Positions 1 to 13,600 are shown, numbered from the stretch's first letter. The stretch is DNA of 64,000 bases from Azolla caroliniana (GCA_043228905.1 JBHGNT010000004.1:6944001-7008000); one strand, 5' to 3'. The notes: a model not told the origin generated them from the sequence alone. A program made the numbers and translations.

Positions 1-319
1 AGTCGGATCGACATTTCGGATCGATGACTCAGCAGATAGCCGAATAGGATATAGTTAGTTACGAAGTTTTGTAAATCTTGATAATTATAGGCAGTAGGAT
101 TTCTTGATGAGAAAAGACCTTTGGGTTACCTATAAAAGGAACCGAAGACATTGTAAAAATCTATCGTTGTATTTAGTAATATAAAGTTTAGTTAGGAAAC
201 CTCTATGTACGAATCGCTCTTGCTATCTATTTCCTTCGGTCTAAGCTATATTACATAAGTCACGATCTCGGTGTCTGTTATCACCGATAAGTTTACAACT
301 AATTCGTATCTATTCATCT

Positions 320-2235
320 AACCACAACTTCTTGATAGAACGTTCGGTACGAATGTTCGTCTTATACTGTGTCGGCAAAGTAGTAATTGTCGACCGAACA
401 ACAGTCCTAGAGTCGGTAGCCGATTTTGCCATCTAGTCCATAACCAAGGAAGATACATTTCCGGGACCTTGGTGCAAGTTTGTGGCAATCGTCTTTCGGT
501 ATGAGGGCGTACGCCTCGCACCCGAAAATCCTTAGTTTGTCGTAATTTGGCTTACTATCGGTCCATAATTCCTAAGGTATTTGAAGTCCTAGAGGCCTAC
601 TTGGCGACATATTGATTATGTGTGCTACCGTGAGTAGGACCTCTGCCTAGAAGCTATATGACAATCCGGAATGTTGGAGCATGGAAACTATCCTTTCTTG
701 AATTGTCTGATTCATTCGCTGGACAATTCCATTCTGCTCCGGACTATAGGGTGTCGTATATTCACGTTGAATGCTACTCCGTTAGAAAAATTTGATGAAT
801 TCTTCAGACTTGAACTCTCCTCCTTTATTGGTTCGAAGGCATTTCAGCTTTCGATTGTTCTGGTTCTCTATCATAGCGAGCAAATCAGAAAAAATCAAGA
901 ACACACGATCTTTGGTTTTGATAGGATAAGCCCACACCTTGCGAGTAAAGTCGTTGATAAAGCTGACAAAATACAAAGCACCGCCGAGAGACTGATGTGG
1001 CATAGGACCATAGATGTCCGAGTGGACCAAATTAAGTGGACTCGATTCTCTTGGTGCTGAAGTCGGGTGTGATGCGGTATCTGTTTGCCATACTGGCAAT
1101 GCTCACGTAACTGATGATCAGTGAAGGAGATTTTAGGGATGTATCTGGCTCAAGATAGATGTGTGATTCCGTCCTTGCTGAGGTGTCTGAGTTGTCCATG
1201 CCATAGTGATGACACGGGAATGTCGACCAGGAACAAGTCACCCTCTTTGAGTGTGACCTATAATGGGTACAACGAATGTACTTTTGGTCCTTTACCAAGC
1301 AGGAGGTTCCCCTTGTGGAGTGTCCATCCTCTTGATGAGAAGCCAATACGAATGTCGTCGTCATCAAGTTCTCCGACTGAGATCAATGTTCTTGAGATCT
1401 CAAGTACATGTCGGACATTGTAGTATCATTGTAGAGCAACTGGAAGGTTAAGCTCTACTATGCCGATTCCGATTATGGCGCAGTGTTGCAAATTTCTGAC
1501 TCTAACTGAGTCGGAATGTCGGGTTGAGTATTGCCGAAATTGGGATCGATGAGGGGTCACATGATATGAAGTGCCAGAATCCAAGAGCCATGTGCTCAAT
1601 TCCTCAGTCGTAAGCAGAACTTCTGATTCGACTGGGTTATGAATGGCTAGTATGTTCGGGTCGCTCTACAGTACTTTGGCTAAAGAGCCGACATAATTGA
1701 CCTCCTCATGCCGGCCACTCTTTTGATCCACTCATTGAGCGTTGTCGATTATTTCCGCTTTGATGTGTCTGGGTTGCTTGCAATAATTGTAAACTCGATT
1801 ATCCCAGGATTTGCTCCGACTTCGCTGGTTGTTCGACTATTGAGAGGAACTTCTTCCTCGATTCTTCGATTGGTCAGTCGAACCTTGTACTACATAAGCG
1901 TCATTGGCCAAATCGTTTGCAAAGGATTTCCTCCAAGCTAATTCAGTTAGAATTCCTTGACAACAATAGTCGACGCATTGCACGCAGTAGTGACGAAAAT
2001 TTCCCACGAAGGGGGGAGACTGCTCATGAGCAACATTGCTCTTAGTTCATCTTCGATCATTTTCCCTTGGGCTGCAATTTGGGAGCTTAAACTTTCGTAC
2101 TCATTAAGATGTGCCTGGACTGAGTAGGATTCTTTCATCCGCAGGTTGTAGAGGCACCGAATCAAATATATCTTTGTGGAGGCTACCTTTTTCTTGTAGG
2201 TGTCTGAGAGTGTCTTCCACAGTTGGAAGGCAGTT
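320..2235 (-). pseudogene. Degenerate Ty1/copia gag-protease-integrase remnant, related to the intact copia at 10649-14683
   Basis: ORFs 782-1099 (LVHSDIYGPM...YFVSFINDFTRKVW) and 1947-2297 (LWKTLSDTY...LMSSLPPSWE) align by eye to the 1344-aa ORF, with many stops and frameshifts. Homology breaks at 2235. Confidence 0.9.
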
Positions 2236-2600
2236 TGTTGGGAAACATGTCCCTCCGGATAGGAAAAGAAGGAACGTGTTGGTGAGTATACCAACACGTT
2301 CGGAATCGGAAACCAGAATTGTAATTGGAAACCGAAACGAAATCGTAATTAGAAACCAAAATCGTTTCGGAAGACTATAATTGTAAATAGTCTAAAATGC
2401 CCTTGTGGGTTATACTTGTAAATAGTCAAAAAGTTGCTTTGTTTATACGCAACTAGGGCAAACTTTAGTAAGTATGTAGTTGATCATTATTGTAAAAGTT
2501 AGAACGTAGGTAGCTGCCTCTGTAACCGTGAGAGAGAGAGAGAGAGTTTAACTCTGTAGCCATCTGTGAGACAAAGGAGAACTCGAGGTCGTTGCCTTCT
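2236..2600 (+). repeat. 5' part of an LTR interrupting the copia remnant
   Basis: Starts TGTTGGGAAACATGTCCCTCC, similar to the terminus of the solo LTR at 40648-41356. Shares TGTAAATAG and CAACTAGGGCAAACTTTA motifs with it. Right end not defined. Confidence 0.55.
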
Positions 2601-2914
2601 GGATGTTGGCCGACAAAGACTTAAGAGCCGGATAAAGTCCAGAATGGGAAAGGGAGCTGATTATCTATAATATTTAGAAGGATATTTTTTGAAGCGAACG
2701 GATGGACCGAAATCGGTATGCCGATCCGGATCCGGACCGGTTCGTAGCCGGTTGCCGGTTGCCGGTTGGCACCGGTTTGTACTTAGAACCGGGGACCTAT
2801 TAAAGGGCCCGATTAGATTGTAATCATTAAAGGATAATTAATAGAGTGATGTTGTTCTGTTTCCTAATCAGTGTTAATTACCATTATATGCTAAGTGTAA
2901 TTCATCTTACGCGT

Positions 2915-3557
2915 TGTCGAGGTATTCCTCGCGGATGCGTGGAATGAGGCGGGGCCTCGGGGGTCTTGTACCGAAGATCAAGAGACAAAGGAGAAGGGAA
3001 GGGACCCACTACGTGTGGGCGTAGATTCACAGGGACACGGCCCTTCGACACAAAGACGCGAGTGGGACACCGACGCAGAGAGACACGAATGTATGTATAT
3101 ATATCAACAAGGACAAACAACAAGAAGCCCGAAGTTGGTTACAACCGAATAGGCCGGCGAACAGATGTCGATGCCTGTTCGTAAACGCTCAGAAAGAAAG
3201 GAGTAGGTTGGAGGTGCTACCGGAAGCACTCGGGCATTCCTCAGAGCAGCGCGAGCCTCCCCAAAAACCTGCACAGGAAGAAGCTATGGAGTATGGAAGA
3301 GAGAGAAGCCTTCGGCCGACAACCCGACAACACTTCGTCCTCTCTAACCGCGATACCCTCCTCCTCCTCGTCTCCCCCCTTTTATAGGCAAGAAAGGAGC
3401 CGTTTCCCATTAACTTCCTTCCTACCGAATCTACCTACCTTGGATCTTCTATGTACCTAATTCTCTCTTATGTACAACATAAGGCGCACGTGCATGAAGA
3501 GCCGGTTTCTACGCTCCGGTGCACCGATTCCGCTTGTGGACGGTTTTCTTCACGACA
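2915..3557 (-). repeat. 3' LTR of the Trp-primed gypsy
   Basis: Direct repeat of 9279-9921; abuts the PPT (plus strand TCCGCCCCCACC). Confidence 0.95.
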
Positions 3558-3630
3558 TCCGCCCCCACCTAACCGTGCATCCACCGGCATGCGCCAAATT
3601 GAGTTGGGATGGAGAAAACCGGTCCAGCCT

Positions 3631-6600
3631 TCATTCCCCGCCCGTTGGTTCTTCCTCGGTTTCGGATCGTTCGTCGTCCTGGTCCAGGTTAACCAGATCC
3701 GGCTCGTCGTCATGACGCTTCTTGAACGCTTTGATCCGCTTCCCAGCTACCGGTATCGCCATTCTCGTGCCGTCGAGTTCCGCCAGATGGTACGTCCCGT
3801 TGTCGTTGGCGCTTTGTACCACGTAAGGCCCGAACCACCTTCTTGCGAACTTCCGTGTCGCTCGGTGCTGGTTGTCGAGGCTGTTGTCGTAGACTAGCAC
3901 CCAGTCGCCTTCCTCGATCTTCTTCGGTCGGAGCCGGTGCGTTCGGTCGAACCGGGCTTTGTTCCTCATCCTTGCTTCCCGAAGCTTTCCCGCAGCCTGC
4001 TCCACGTCCTCCGGCCTTCGCTCGAGCTAACGTATGCGCGCCGCCAATAGTTCCTCCCGGCTCATCTCGTCTCTCCAGTCCATGGTTGCCCATGAGAAGA
4101 TCGTACGTTCCATCGGCATGATCGGCTTCTGCCCAAACATGAGCTCTGTCGGCATGAATTCGGTTACCGAACTGTGCGTAGTTCGGTCAGCCCACAATGT
4201 GTAAGGCAGCAGCCGCGGCCAGTTCCCGACTTGACCTCCGCATGCCCGAACTAACGCCTTGACGATCGGTCCGTGTCCGCGCTCCACCTTTCCATTCGCC
4301 TCCGGATTGTACGCAGTGGTAAGCGAGAGCTTGACTCCTAGCCGGTCAAACAGCTCCTCGGCCTCTTCGGCGTCCAACTCCCCGCGATCAGCCATGATCT
4401 TCCCGATGCACCTGTACCGGCATATCACGTCCTCGATCAGGAACCGACATACGGCTGCGGTCGTTTTGTTCTGAAGGGCCCGGCCTTCCACCTGGTTCGT
4501 CAGATCTTCCCGAGCCAGGACCAGATACCGTATTTGTCCTACTCCCATCGGCATCGTCACCAGGTCTACCATCCATTTGAAGTGGATGGTCGGAGGGTAC
4601 GTAGGGTGAAGCCCGTCCCGATGTCGGACTATGGAGTGCATCTGACAGCTCTCGCAAGTTGTCACAAACTGATGCACGTCCCGGTACAGTCCCAGCCACC
4701 AGTACTTCCCCTTTATCTTCTCGAACGTGGCCCACGTTCCTCGGTGTCTAGCCCAAGGGCTGTCGTGGTAGGCCGTCAGCAGCTCCTCCTGTTCTTCCTT
4801 CATCGCCACCACCCGGAGCGGGACGCCGTTCCTCTTCTTCAGGTGCTTCCATAAGTATCCGTCCCGGAGAAAGAATCGGTATGCTTTCTTCCGGATCCGG
4901 TTGGCCTCGTCTCTCGTCCATGACGCATCCAGCGTCATTGTCCTCAAGAAACCACTGATCTGCAGCCACTCGCCGTCTCGCCGTCGTACTTGCTCTCGTC
5001 GAAGCCGTTAAGTGCCGGAGTGCTCGTCCCATCGGTCATCACGTACGCCGCCTCGAAGAAGTCCACGCCGACTTCTTCGTCCTCCGAAACCATGCCGCCC
5101 TCATCATCAAACCTCGCCCTCGAAAGCATGTCGGCCATGGCGTTGTCCTTTCCGGAAATGTGCCATATTTCCGGGTCCAGGGACTTGATGTACGCTATCC
5201 ACCTAAGCATCGCCAGGTCCGGTGTCGCGCATCCGGAAACCATGCCAAGAATTGGCAGGCAATCCGTCTCGATAATCACTTCTGTCCCGATCAGGTAGTC
5301 TTTGTCGGCCTTTACTGCCGAAACGATACCCCAGAGTTCGCGTTTAACCTGGGCGTACCCTCGTTGTCGCTCACTGAGGACCTTCACGCCGAATCGGATC
5401 GGGAACCGAATGCCGTCCTCGTCTTCTTGGTTGACGACCCATCCGATCCCGGACGGACTCGTATCCACCGTTATGTATACCGGGGTACCCTTCTCGTAGA
5501 CAGCCTTCCGGAGCGCCGGTGCTGCCGCCAGAGCTTCCTTCAGCTTCCGGACTGACTCCATGTGTTCGTCTCGCCACTCGAATTTTTGCCCCTTCTTCAG
5601 CAACCTGTATAGCGGCTCCGCAACGTGGGCGTAATGCGGGATCCATATGTGGTAGAATGCGCATGCCCCCAGGAACCTCCGAATTTCCGTAACCGAGCTA
5701 CAATCGGTCTTCATCGCGGAGATGGCTTCTACCTTTGCCGGAGACGGCTTCCGGCCATATGGTCCACATAGGTGTCCGACCACCAGGCTTTCTGATTGCC
5801 CGAAGGCCGATTTCTCCCCGGAGAAGGTGAGCCTCGCATCCTCTAGCCTTTGTAGCACCTTCTCGCAGTCGTCGATGTGCGTTGCCACGAATCGCCGACA
5901 TCCGTCCGGTCCGAGTTTTGCGTCCTTCTCTTCCACCGGGCACCCCTTGATCGGGATGTCGTCTAGAAATGGCATGGTGATGTCCGGGATGCAATCCCTC
6001 AGTACCTTGTTCATTGCATTCACCATGTGGGCCACCGAGTTGGTCCCTCCTTGTGGTAGGGTACACATTCGCACTAGGCCGAGGGGAGTTCGCATCGTCG
6101 TAATGTCTCTGCTCTCCACGGCTAGCTGGAACTGGTCGTACCCCGAGTACAGATCACCGACTGAGTAAATCGACCTTCCGGCGAAGGCCTCCGCGAACTC
6201 GTCTATGGTCGGTCCGATTCCTGCGTTCCGTATGGTCACTCTGTTGACCGGCTGCAGGTCTTCAATGAAGCGCAATGTTCCGTTTTTCTTTGGTACGGTA
6301 AACCATCGGTTCGAGTATGGGGCACTCGACGGTTCGAGAATGCCCATATTGACTTTTTGCCTCAATAGCTCCATCAACTTCGGGATGTGAGCTCTCGGTA
6401 CTGGAATCGGCTTGAGATTCCACGACACATGCGGTACCGTGAATATCACCATCGGCTCCACGATTGTCGGGTCTGCGCACCCGATCTCTTCCGGTGAGAA
6501 TGCGAAGGCTTTCCCGTGCCTTCCGAGCATTCTCCGAAACCGGTCTTCCTCCGCCGGCAGTAAGAACCCGCCCCCACCTATTTTGAGCTCCCGGAGCGTC

Positions 6601-7140
6601 CCGTCGGTGAAGGTGTGTCCTATGTAGACCGGATCTCGTAAGCTGGGGTCCGACGCAACCCCTCTGATTCGGGACTCACTGCCCTCCGGTAAGGGTGCCG
6701 CGACTGGCCTTACCTTCTGGTTCACAGTCTTGTACTTCGTGCTAACTCGGGCCGTCCGATCCGACCGGAGCCCCTGACTGAAGTTCGCGATGACTTCGTA
6801 CATCTCTTCGGAACATACCGATATCGTCCGGTCTTCGTTAAGGTCTTCTCCGGCTACCTTCCTCAGCATCCCCAAGGTGTCGTCGAAGGAGACCGCCTCC
6901 ACGGCCCCGCTGATTTCCTCGTTCGGGCCGAGAACTCCGCACGCTCGAAGTCGCTCCTCCGCCCTTGCCCTTTCTCGGCCAATGATGCCGACTATCATAC
7001 ACCCTCCGTTGTTGGAGAAGCAGAATTTTCTACCTATCGTACAAGGTTTCTTCGGTTTCAGTTCTATCGTACAGCTGTGGGGTCTTTCCCGAGTGTCCGG
7101 ACTGTCTCGGCCCCACGCCTTGGCAGCCCTCTCTAAAAAT
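3631..7140 (-). pseudogene. pol: gypsy pol (RT-RNaseH-integrase), broken by a frameshift near 4960 and a stop at 4027
   Basis: ORF 4944-6998: DLYSGYDQ, LPQG, FLDD and RNase H DTS...KRELW...TDC...ADMLSR. ORF 4027-4947: integrase H-H-C-C, DL...DRG...E core. ORF 3631-4005: GPY motif. Confidence 0.92.
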
Positions 7141-9262
7141 CCTCTCGGTTCTCGCCACCGAGGGATTCACGGTTTCGCTCGTGGTTCGGCCGCACCGTCA
7201 GAAATTGGACCGAATGGCGCCCGTCCTGGCTTTTGACCCTCGTGTAGGCCGAACCGTTGTCCAGCACCTTGGTCTCCATTCGCGCCGCCGTGATGTATGG
7301 TTCCCCTAATATGACCGGGTGCGAGGACGTCTCCTGTACGAAGAAGTGCTGGTCAATCTCGACGTCGCCGATCTTGACTCGCACGTTCGGGCAGGCCCCG
7401 TGCAGTTCCTCGGTGGCGCGCGTTGCCGCCCGTATCTTCCACCCGTGCTTGGTGTTGATCGGCCATTTTCCCTTCATGTAGAAGTCCATGGACATCAGGT
7501 TTATTTCCGAACCGTGGTCCACCAGTGCCACCACCGGTTCCTGGACATCTCCGATCTTTACCAGGGTCTCTGTGGTCGCTTGGGCCCAGTGTGGCCTCGA
7601 ATAGTGGCTCTCCGCCCACTCATCTTCCAGCGCCATGTCGTCGATGTGCATCGTACGCACCTCCACCGGTCTTTCCGGTTCCGTCTCCGTCGACAACCTC
7701 TTCCGCTTCACCAAGTCCACAATGGAGTCGTGGAACTCCTTCTTAGCGATCCTTAGCACCTCCCGCAATGACAGCTCCACTTTGCTGTCGAGGATCCGTT
7801 CTTCTAGGACCTTTCGTAGGTCCGTGGCCCTTTCTATTTCCGTCCCCAGTCGGTACCCGCCCTTCCTGGGGTTATCTTGCGCGCTGGACCCACCGGCTTC
7901 GTTCTGTCGTTGCCCGAATCAGATCTCGTATCGTTGCGAGGGCCCGGCCGCTCCGGCTTTCCCCACTTGTTTTTCTTCTACCAGAGCCTCGTAGTTCTGG
8001 CAGGCGGCTTCTATGAAGCCCGTCTTCTCCTCGACCGGGTCGCTCCACCCGGTTATTTCCCGGACCTGTCTCTCAGCGCGGTCTGCTTCATCTTTCCTCA
8101 GCCGTGCGCCGCCGAGGCCTTCAAGCATTGCCGACAAGAATCCGTCTTTTCTCTCCTTTCGGGCCTCGCTGCTCCCGACCCGAATGCCGGCCGACGCCGA
8201 GTAGTGGATGGCCTCCACGTGTCGGGCCGCTGCCTCTTCCATCAGTCTCTTCATACCTCCTCGCCCGTCGTTTCGGTTTAGGGCCCTTCTGGTGTCGCTG
8301 GTGTGCACCCGGCTTTCCCACAGGTACACCACCCGGTTCCTCAACGCCTCTACGAAATCGTCGCAGTCCTTCCGGATGTGGCCGACCTCCTCGCACCACA
8401 TGCACCTGTTCCCTGCTGTCGGTCGTCGGTCACGAGCCGGTTCGCCGCCTTCCCTTCGAGCCTGGGCGATCTGGAGATCCTTTATCGCCCGCGTCAACTC
8501 CTCCAGCGCTGCTCCTCCGGACGAGCCATTGACCATGCCGGTCGAAGCCGAACCGGTTTCGAGCCACTCCTGGGTCTCTTCCCTTCACCCTTGCGGTGCC
8601 GGTTCAAGCCTCCTTGCTGTGACCGAGCCCGTGCTGGCCGCCCCGTTATCAGCCCATTCTCGCCGTTTGTCGAAATGGCCACAGACTCTCTTAACTGCAG
8701 CCCAGTCGGTCGTCTACCGGTCCCGCTCCCGGTCCCGCTCGTCTACCGACTTGACGAACAGTAGGACCCGGCTCGTATCCAGAACGGTTCGGTCAAGCGC
8801 CGAAAGGCGCGCAAAGCGTTCCTCAAACTCCCGGAGGAGTGCCGACGCGTTTCTTCCCTTGCCGGGGGACTCCACCCATTCCATGAAGTCCCGTTTCGAA
8901 AGCCGGAGCGCGTCGTCCAGCCCGTATTTTTCTAGGAGTCGGCCTTCGAACTCCTCCCAGGTACGGCTCTCCGCCCGTACCTCGAGCACCTCCGCATGGA
9001 TGCTCGGCATCGCCACTCGAAGGAACCCGGCAAGACGCCTCTCTTCCGGAATGTCCCGCATCAACATTTCTGCCCCGTAGGACGCCAAATACTTCGTGGC
9101 ATCCTTTTTGCTGAACCGGCCGATTGTACCGACGACCACCTCAATGGCTCTGTCGAGGGCGCCGGTGCCCTCGCGTGCGCTCAATATCCGATCCACGGCC
9201 AAAGCCATGGCGTCCGCAAGATCCGACCCCTTCATCTTCTGCTCTTCTGCCGCCTCTTTCAC
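7133..9262 (-). pseudogene. gag: gypsy gag and aspartic protease
   Basis: ORFs 8714-9262, 7919-8536 (CMWCEEVGHIRKDC knuckle) and 7133-7780 (ALVDHGSEINLM, ILG protease motifs); interrupted by frameshift/stop. Confidence 0.85.
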
Positions 9263-9275
9263 GTCGGGTTCACCA
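9258..9275 (-). promoter_or_regulatory. Primer binding site complementary to tRNA-Trp
   Basis: Plus strand TTCACGTCGGGTTCACCA matches the 3' end (with CCA) of plant cytosolic tRNA-Trp as recalled; 3 nt from the 5' LTR. Confidence 0.85.
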
Positions 9276-9278
9276 AGA

Positions 9279-9921
9279 TGTCAAGGTATTCCTCGCGGAT
9301 GCGTGGAATGAGGCGGGGCCTCGGGGGTCTTGTACCGAAGAGCAAGAGACAAAGGAGAAGGGAAGGGACCCACTACGTGTGGGCGTAGATTCACAGGGAC
9401 ACGGCCCTTCGATACAAAGACGCGAGTGGGACACCGACGTAGAGAGACACGAATGTATGTATATATATCAACAAGGACAAACAACAAGAAGCCCGAAGTC
9501 GGTTACAACCGAACAGGCCGGCGAACAGATGCCGATGCCTGTTCGTAAACGCTCAGAAAGAAAGGAGTAGGTTGGAGGTGCTGCCGGAAGCACTCGGGCA
9601 TTCCTCAGAGCAGCGCAAGCCTCCCCAAAAACCTGCACAGGAAGAAGCTACGGAGTATGGAAGAGAGAGAAGCCTTCGGCCGACAACCCGATAACACTTC
9701 GTCCTCTCTAACCGCGATACCCTCCTCCTCCTCGTCTCCCCCCTTTTATAGGCAAGAAAGGAGCCGTTTCCCATTAACTTCCTTCCTACCGAATCTACCT
9801 ACCTAAGATCTTCTATGTACCTAATTCTCTCTTATGTACAACATAAGGCGCACGTGCATGAAGAGCCGGTTCCTACGCTACGGTGCACTGATTCCGCTTG
9901 TGGACGGTTTTCTTCACGACA
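9279..9921 (-). repeat. 5' LTR of the Trp-primed gypsy
   Basis: Direct repeat of 2915-3557. Confidence 0.95.
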
Positions 9922-10128
9922 TCGTGTATTGTGACTAACGATCTTGCTGATTAGTAACCCATCAGGGTCTTATTAATAGTTTGGTCTAAGTTATCTCACC
10001 GCAACACCCCTTTGGTGAAGAGTCTCAAAGGGACACTCTATGTTAAGGCATTGTCCGGCCCCTAGTGATAACACAGTTTTTGGCGACCACGATTCCTGCA
10101 CAAACGCAGCGAACAACGGTGGGAATGG

Positions 10129-10215
10129 TGTTGGAGACAAGGCCGTGTCGATGTGGAAGATCAAGAAGCATTCGATTAGGGTTGAGTACCTGCGTATGAC
10201 AGTTTGCACGATCGT

Positions 10216-10272
<57 letters not shown>

Positions 10273-10455
10273 CACAAAACACTTTCTATTCCATAGAAAC
10301 AATAATACAACCAACCTTACAAAAAGGTTACAAGGTCACTTTATATAGTGACAAACTTAGGGCAACTACCCTTTATGTTAATTACACAAATGGCCCAAAC
10401 TTGAGCTATACATAAGGATAGTGTGAATACGTCCATTATACACTTGTATTCGACA
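10129..10455 (-). repeat. 3' LTR of the intact copia, with an internal (GA)n tract
   Basis: TGTTGG...TCGACA followed directly by the PPT (plus strand CTCCCCC), ~190 bp downstream of the pol stop. No partner LTR seen. Confidence 0.7.
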
Positions 10456-10648
10456 CTCCCCCGTAATGGGCGTATACATGGGTTGTCTAAGATTACAGGT
10501 ATAAACCTAGGTTCTCGGACATATCAGTTTTGTTCGAGTTGGCAGTGTCCGAAGGCAGAAGACCGGACTGGTCGGGTCGGAAGAGTTGAAGCCGATCATT
10601 AAGGAACTGATGTCGGTTGTCCGAAACCATCCTGCGCTGTGTCCGGCT

Positions 10649-13600
10649 CTAACCGGACTGGTTTGTTGTTACGCCCATCTGATGCCGAAGAGACCGAAAG
10701 CGGTCTGCCGAAAGACACTTGGTCATTCCATCTGCGACATTGTCGGTTGTGGATATTTTCTCTAGACCGATTTTCCCTGAAATGACGCAGTCCCGAACGA
10801 AGTGATATCGAACGTCGATATGTTTGGAGGCGTTGTGGTGAACCGGATTTCTCGACAAGGCAACAACACCTTGACTGTCGCTATAGACAACTGGAGCCGA
10901 GTCATGGTCTACTTGCCGAAACGTGTGCGCCAGGCGGCCGAGCCACAAAGCTTCTTTTGCAGCGTCGGACGCAGCTACATATTCTGCTTCGGTCGTTGAG
11001 GTCGCTGTGCACTCCTGAAGTTTCGACTTCCACGAAATTGCTCCATTGCCGAATTTGAAGCAGTATCCGGTTGTTGATTTCCGACTGTCTATACAGCCGG
11101 CGAAGTCCGAGTCGGTGTAACCGACTACGCCTGAGGTTGAGTTCGGTCCGAAAAGAATGCCGTGGTCTTTTGTGCCAGCCAGATATTTGAACACATGCTT
11201 GACTGCGTTCCAATGCGATCGGCCAGGATTGTGCATAAATCTGCTAACGACTCCTACGGCATGAGAAATATCAGGCCGTGTCGCGACCATCAGGTACATA
11301 AGGGAGCCGACTGCCGGTGCATACGGTACCGACTTCATATCTTCCCCCTCCGGACCGGATGTCGGGCAGTCTCGCTGAGAGAGCCGAAGATTCATGGGGA
11401 GCGGGGTTGAAGTAGATTTGGCTGATTGCATGTTGAAGCGTTCCAAGACACGTCCGATATAGTCGGTCTGAGACAAGAAAAGATGTCGTTTATCGCGATG
11501 CCGACTAATCTTCATGCCAAGTATGTGTCGTGCCGGACCGAGGTCCTTCATGGCAAACTTCAACCGCAGTTGCCGAATGAGATCGGCAAGTTCGCCCGCG
11601 TGGCGTCCAGAAATTAGCATGTCGTCCACGTAAATGATGAGGAAGATGGGTGATCCATCGTGAGCTGTGTTGGTAAAAAGACAATGGTCCTCATCGCTTT
11701 TTGAGAAGCCGATCGATTGGATGAAGTCGTCGAACTTCTTATACCATTGTCGCGGTGCCTGTTTGAGGCCGTATAGACTCTTCCTGAGTCGGCAGACTAG
11801 ATGTTCTTGGCCAGTTGCCACGAAGCCTTTTGGCTGCTCCATATAAATTTCCTCTTCAAGATCACCATGGAGGAAGGCTGTTTTGACATCTAGCTGAATC
11901 AGCTCCAAGTTGTCGGCTGCCACTACGCCGAGTAGAAAACGAAGGGTTGTCATTTTCACCACTGGTGAAAAAATCTCGTCGAAGTCGACGCCATATTCTT
12001 GTCGGAAGCCCTTCGCAACTAGTCTGGCCTTGTACTTTGGGGTGGTCGAATCAGACGTCTCTTTTAGTCGATAAACCCACTTGCAAGGAAGAGCACGTCG
12101 GTTCCTAGGTAATTCGACCAGATCCCAAGTCTTGTTTGCCCGAATGGAGTGCATTTCCGACTCCATTGCCAGATGCCAGGTGGCTGAATCGACAGATGTC
12201 GATGCTTCTTCGTAAGACGTCGGTTCGCCGGCGTCGGTGAAGAAAATTCCAGGAGAATACCTCTCCGGAGGTTGCGACAGTCTCTCGGATCGTCGAGGTA
12301 TGATTGGACTGGTCGCATCGGGTATCGAGGTCGGATGGTCCGAAAGCGAATTATTCTGCTGTGCCGAGTCGGAGTTGTCCGAGTCGGTAGTGTAAGGTTC
12401 AGCTACCCGTGAAGCTGACCGTGTGTTAAGAGCGGGGCCTTCTTGAAGGGTCGGCACATCGGAAAATGTTACCCTTCGGACTTCGATCGGTTTTTCGACT
12501 GATGGATTCATAGCCGGCTCGTTGAACACAACGTCCGAACTTCGAACGATTTGTCTGCGTTCGGGGTCCCAGAGTCGGTATCCCATTTCGCCGTCTGATC
12601 CATATCCAAGGAAAATGCATTTCCTGGACCGAGGTGCAAGTTTTCGGGGATCATCTTTCGGAATAAGGGCGTATGCCTCGCATCCGAAGATCCTCAGCTT
12701 GTCATAATTCGGCTTACTGCCGATCCATAGTTCCTGAGGAATTTGAAGTCCTAGAGGTCTGCTTGGCGACATATTGATTATGTGTACTGCCGTGAGTAGA
12801 GCCTCTGCCCAGAAGCCATCCGACAGTCCGGAGTGTTGGAGCATGGAAACTATCCGTTCTTGGATTGTCCGATTCATGCGTTCGGCAATCCCGTTTTGCT
12901 CCGGACTGTGTGGTGCCGTAAATTCACGTCGGATGCCACGTTGTCGGCAGAATTTGACGAATTCTTCTGATTTGAACTCTCCCCCATTGTCAGTCCGAAA
13001 GCATTTCAGTTTTCGGTCGGTTTGATTTTCTACCATAGCGAGCCAATCGGAGAAGATCGAGAAGACACGATCTTTGGTGCGAATTGGATAAGCCCACACC
13101 TTTCGAGTCGAATCGTCAATAAAACTGACGAAGTAAGAGGCACCGCCGAGAGACTGATGCGGCATTGGGCCACAGACGTCCGAGTGGACTAAATCGAGAG
13201 GTCTCGTTTCTCTTGGTGCTGATGTCGGGTGTGATGCGGCTGCTTGTTTGCCATACTGGCAATGCTCGCAGAATTGATGGTCGGAGAAGGAGAGTTTAGG
13301 GATGTATCCGGCTCTAGATAGATGCGTAATGCCGGCCTTGCTGAGGTGTCCTAATCTTCTGTGCCATAGTGATGACACAGGAATATCCACCAAAAACAGG
13401 TTACCCTCTCTGAGCGTAACATGTAACGGATACAGTGAGTGTATCTTGGGTCCTCTAGCAAGCAGGAGGTTCCCCCTGTGGAGTGTCCACCCTCCCGAAG
13501 AAAAACCGGCACGAATGCCGTCTTCATCTAGTTGTCCGACTGAGATCAATGGCCTTGAGAGCTCGGGTACATGTCGGACATTGTGAAGTACAAGTGTAAA

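Larger units (their letters stand above)
2915..9921 (-). mobile_element. Full-length non-chromovirus Ty3/gypsy LTR retrotransposon, tRNA-Trp primed, mildly decayed
   Basis: 643-bp LTRs at 2915-3557 and 9279-9921 (TGTC...GACA, about 16 mismatches by eye). PPT next to 3558, PBS at 9258-9275, domain order gag-PR-RT-RH-IN, flanks GCGT/TCGT. Confidence 0.95.
2604..10073 (+). repeat. Probable LTR (TG...CA) split by the gypsy insertion at 2915-9921
   Basis: TGTTGG at 2604 and ...GATAACA at 10073, followed by TGGCGACCAC (10081-10090), resembling a short tRNA-Arg-type PBS. Confidence 0.4.

Noticed and set aside
3189-9570. Numerous overlapping antisense ORFs (e.g. 8208-9080)
   Set aside because: Shadow frames of GC-rich gag-pol sequence with no motifs.
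2231-10078. CAGTT at 2231-2235 and 10074-10078 as the TSD of one large insertion
   Set aside because: The interrupted copia gag does not clearly resume after 10078; what follows looks like a PBS. Probably coincidence.
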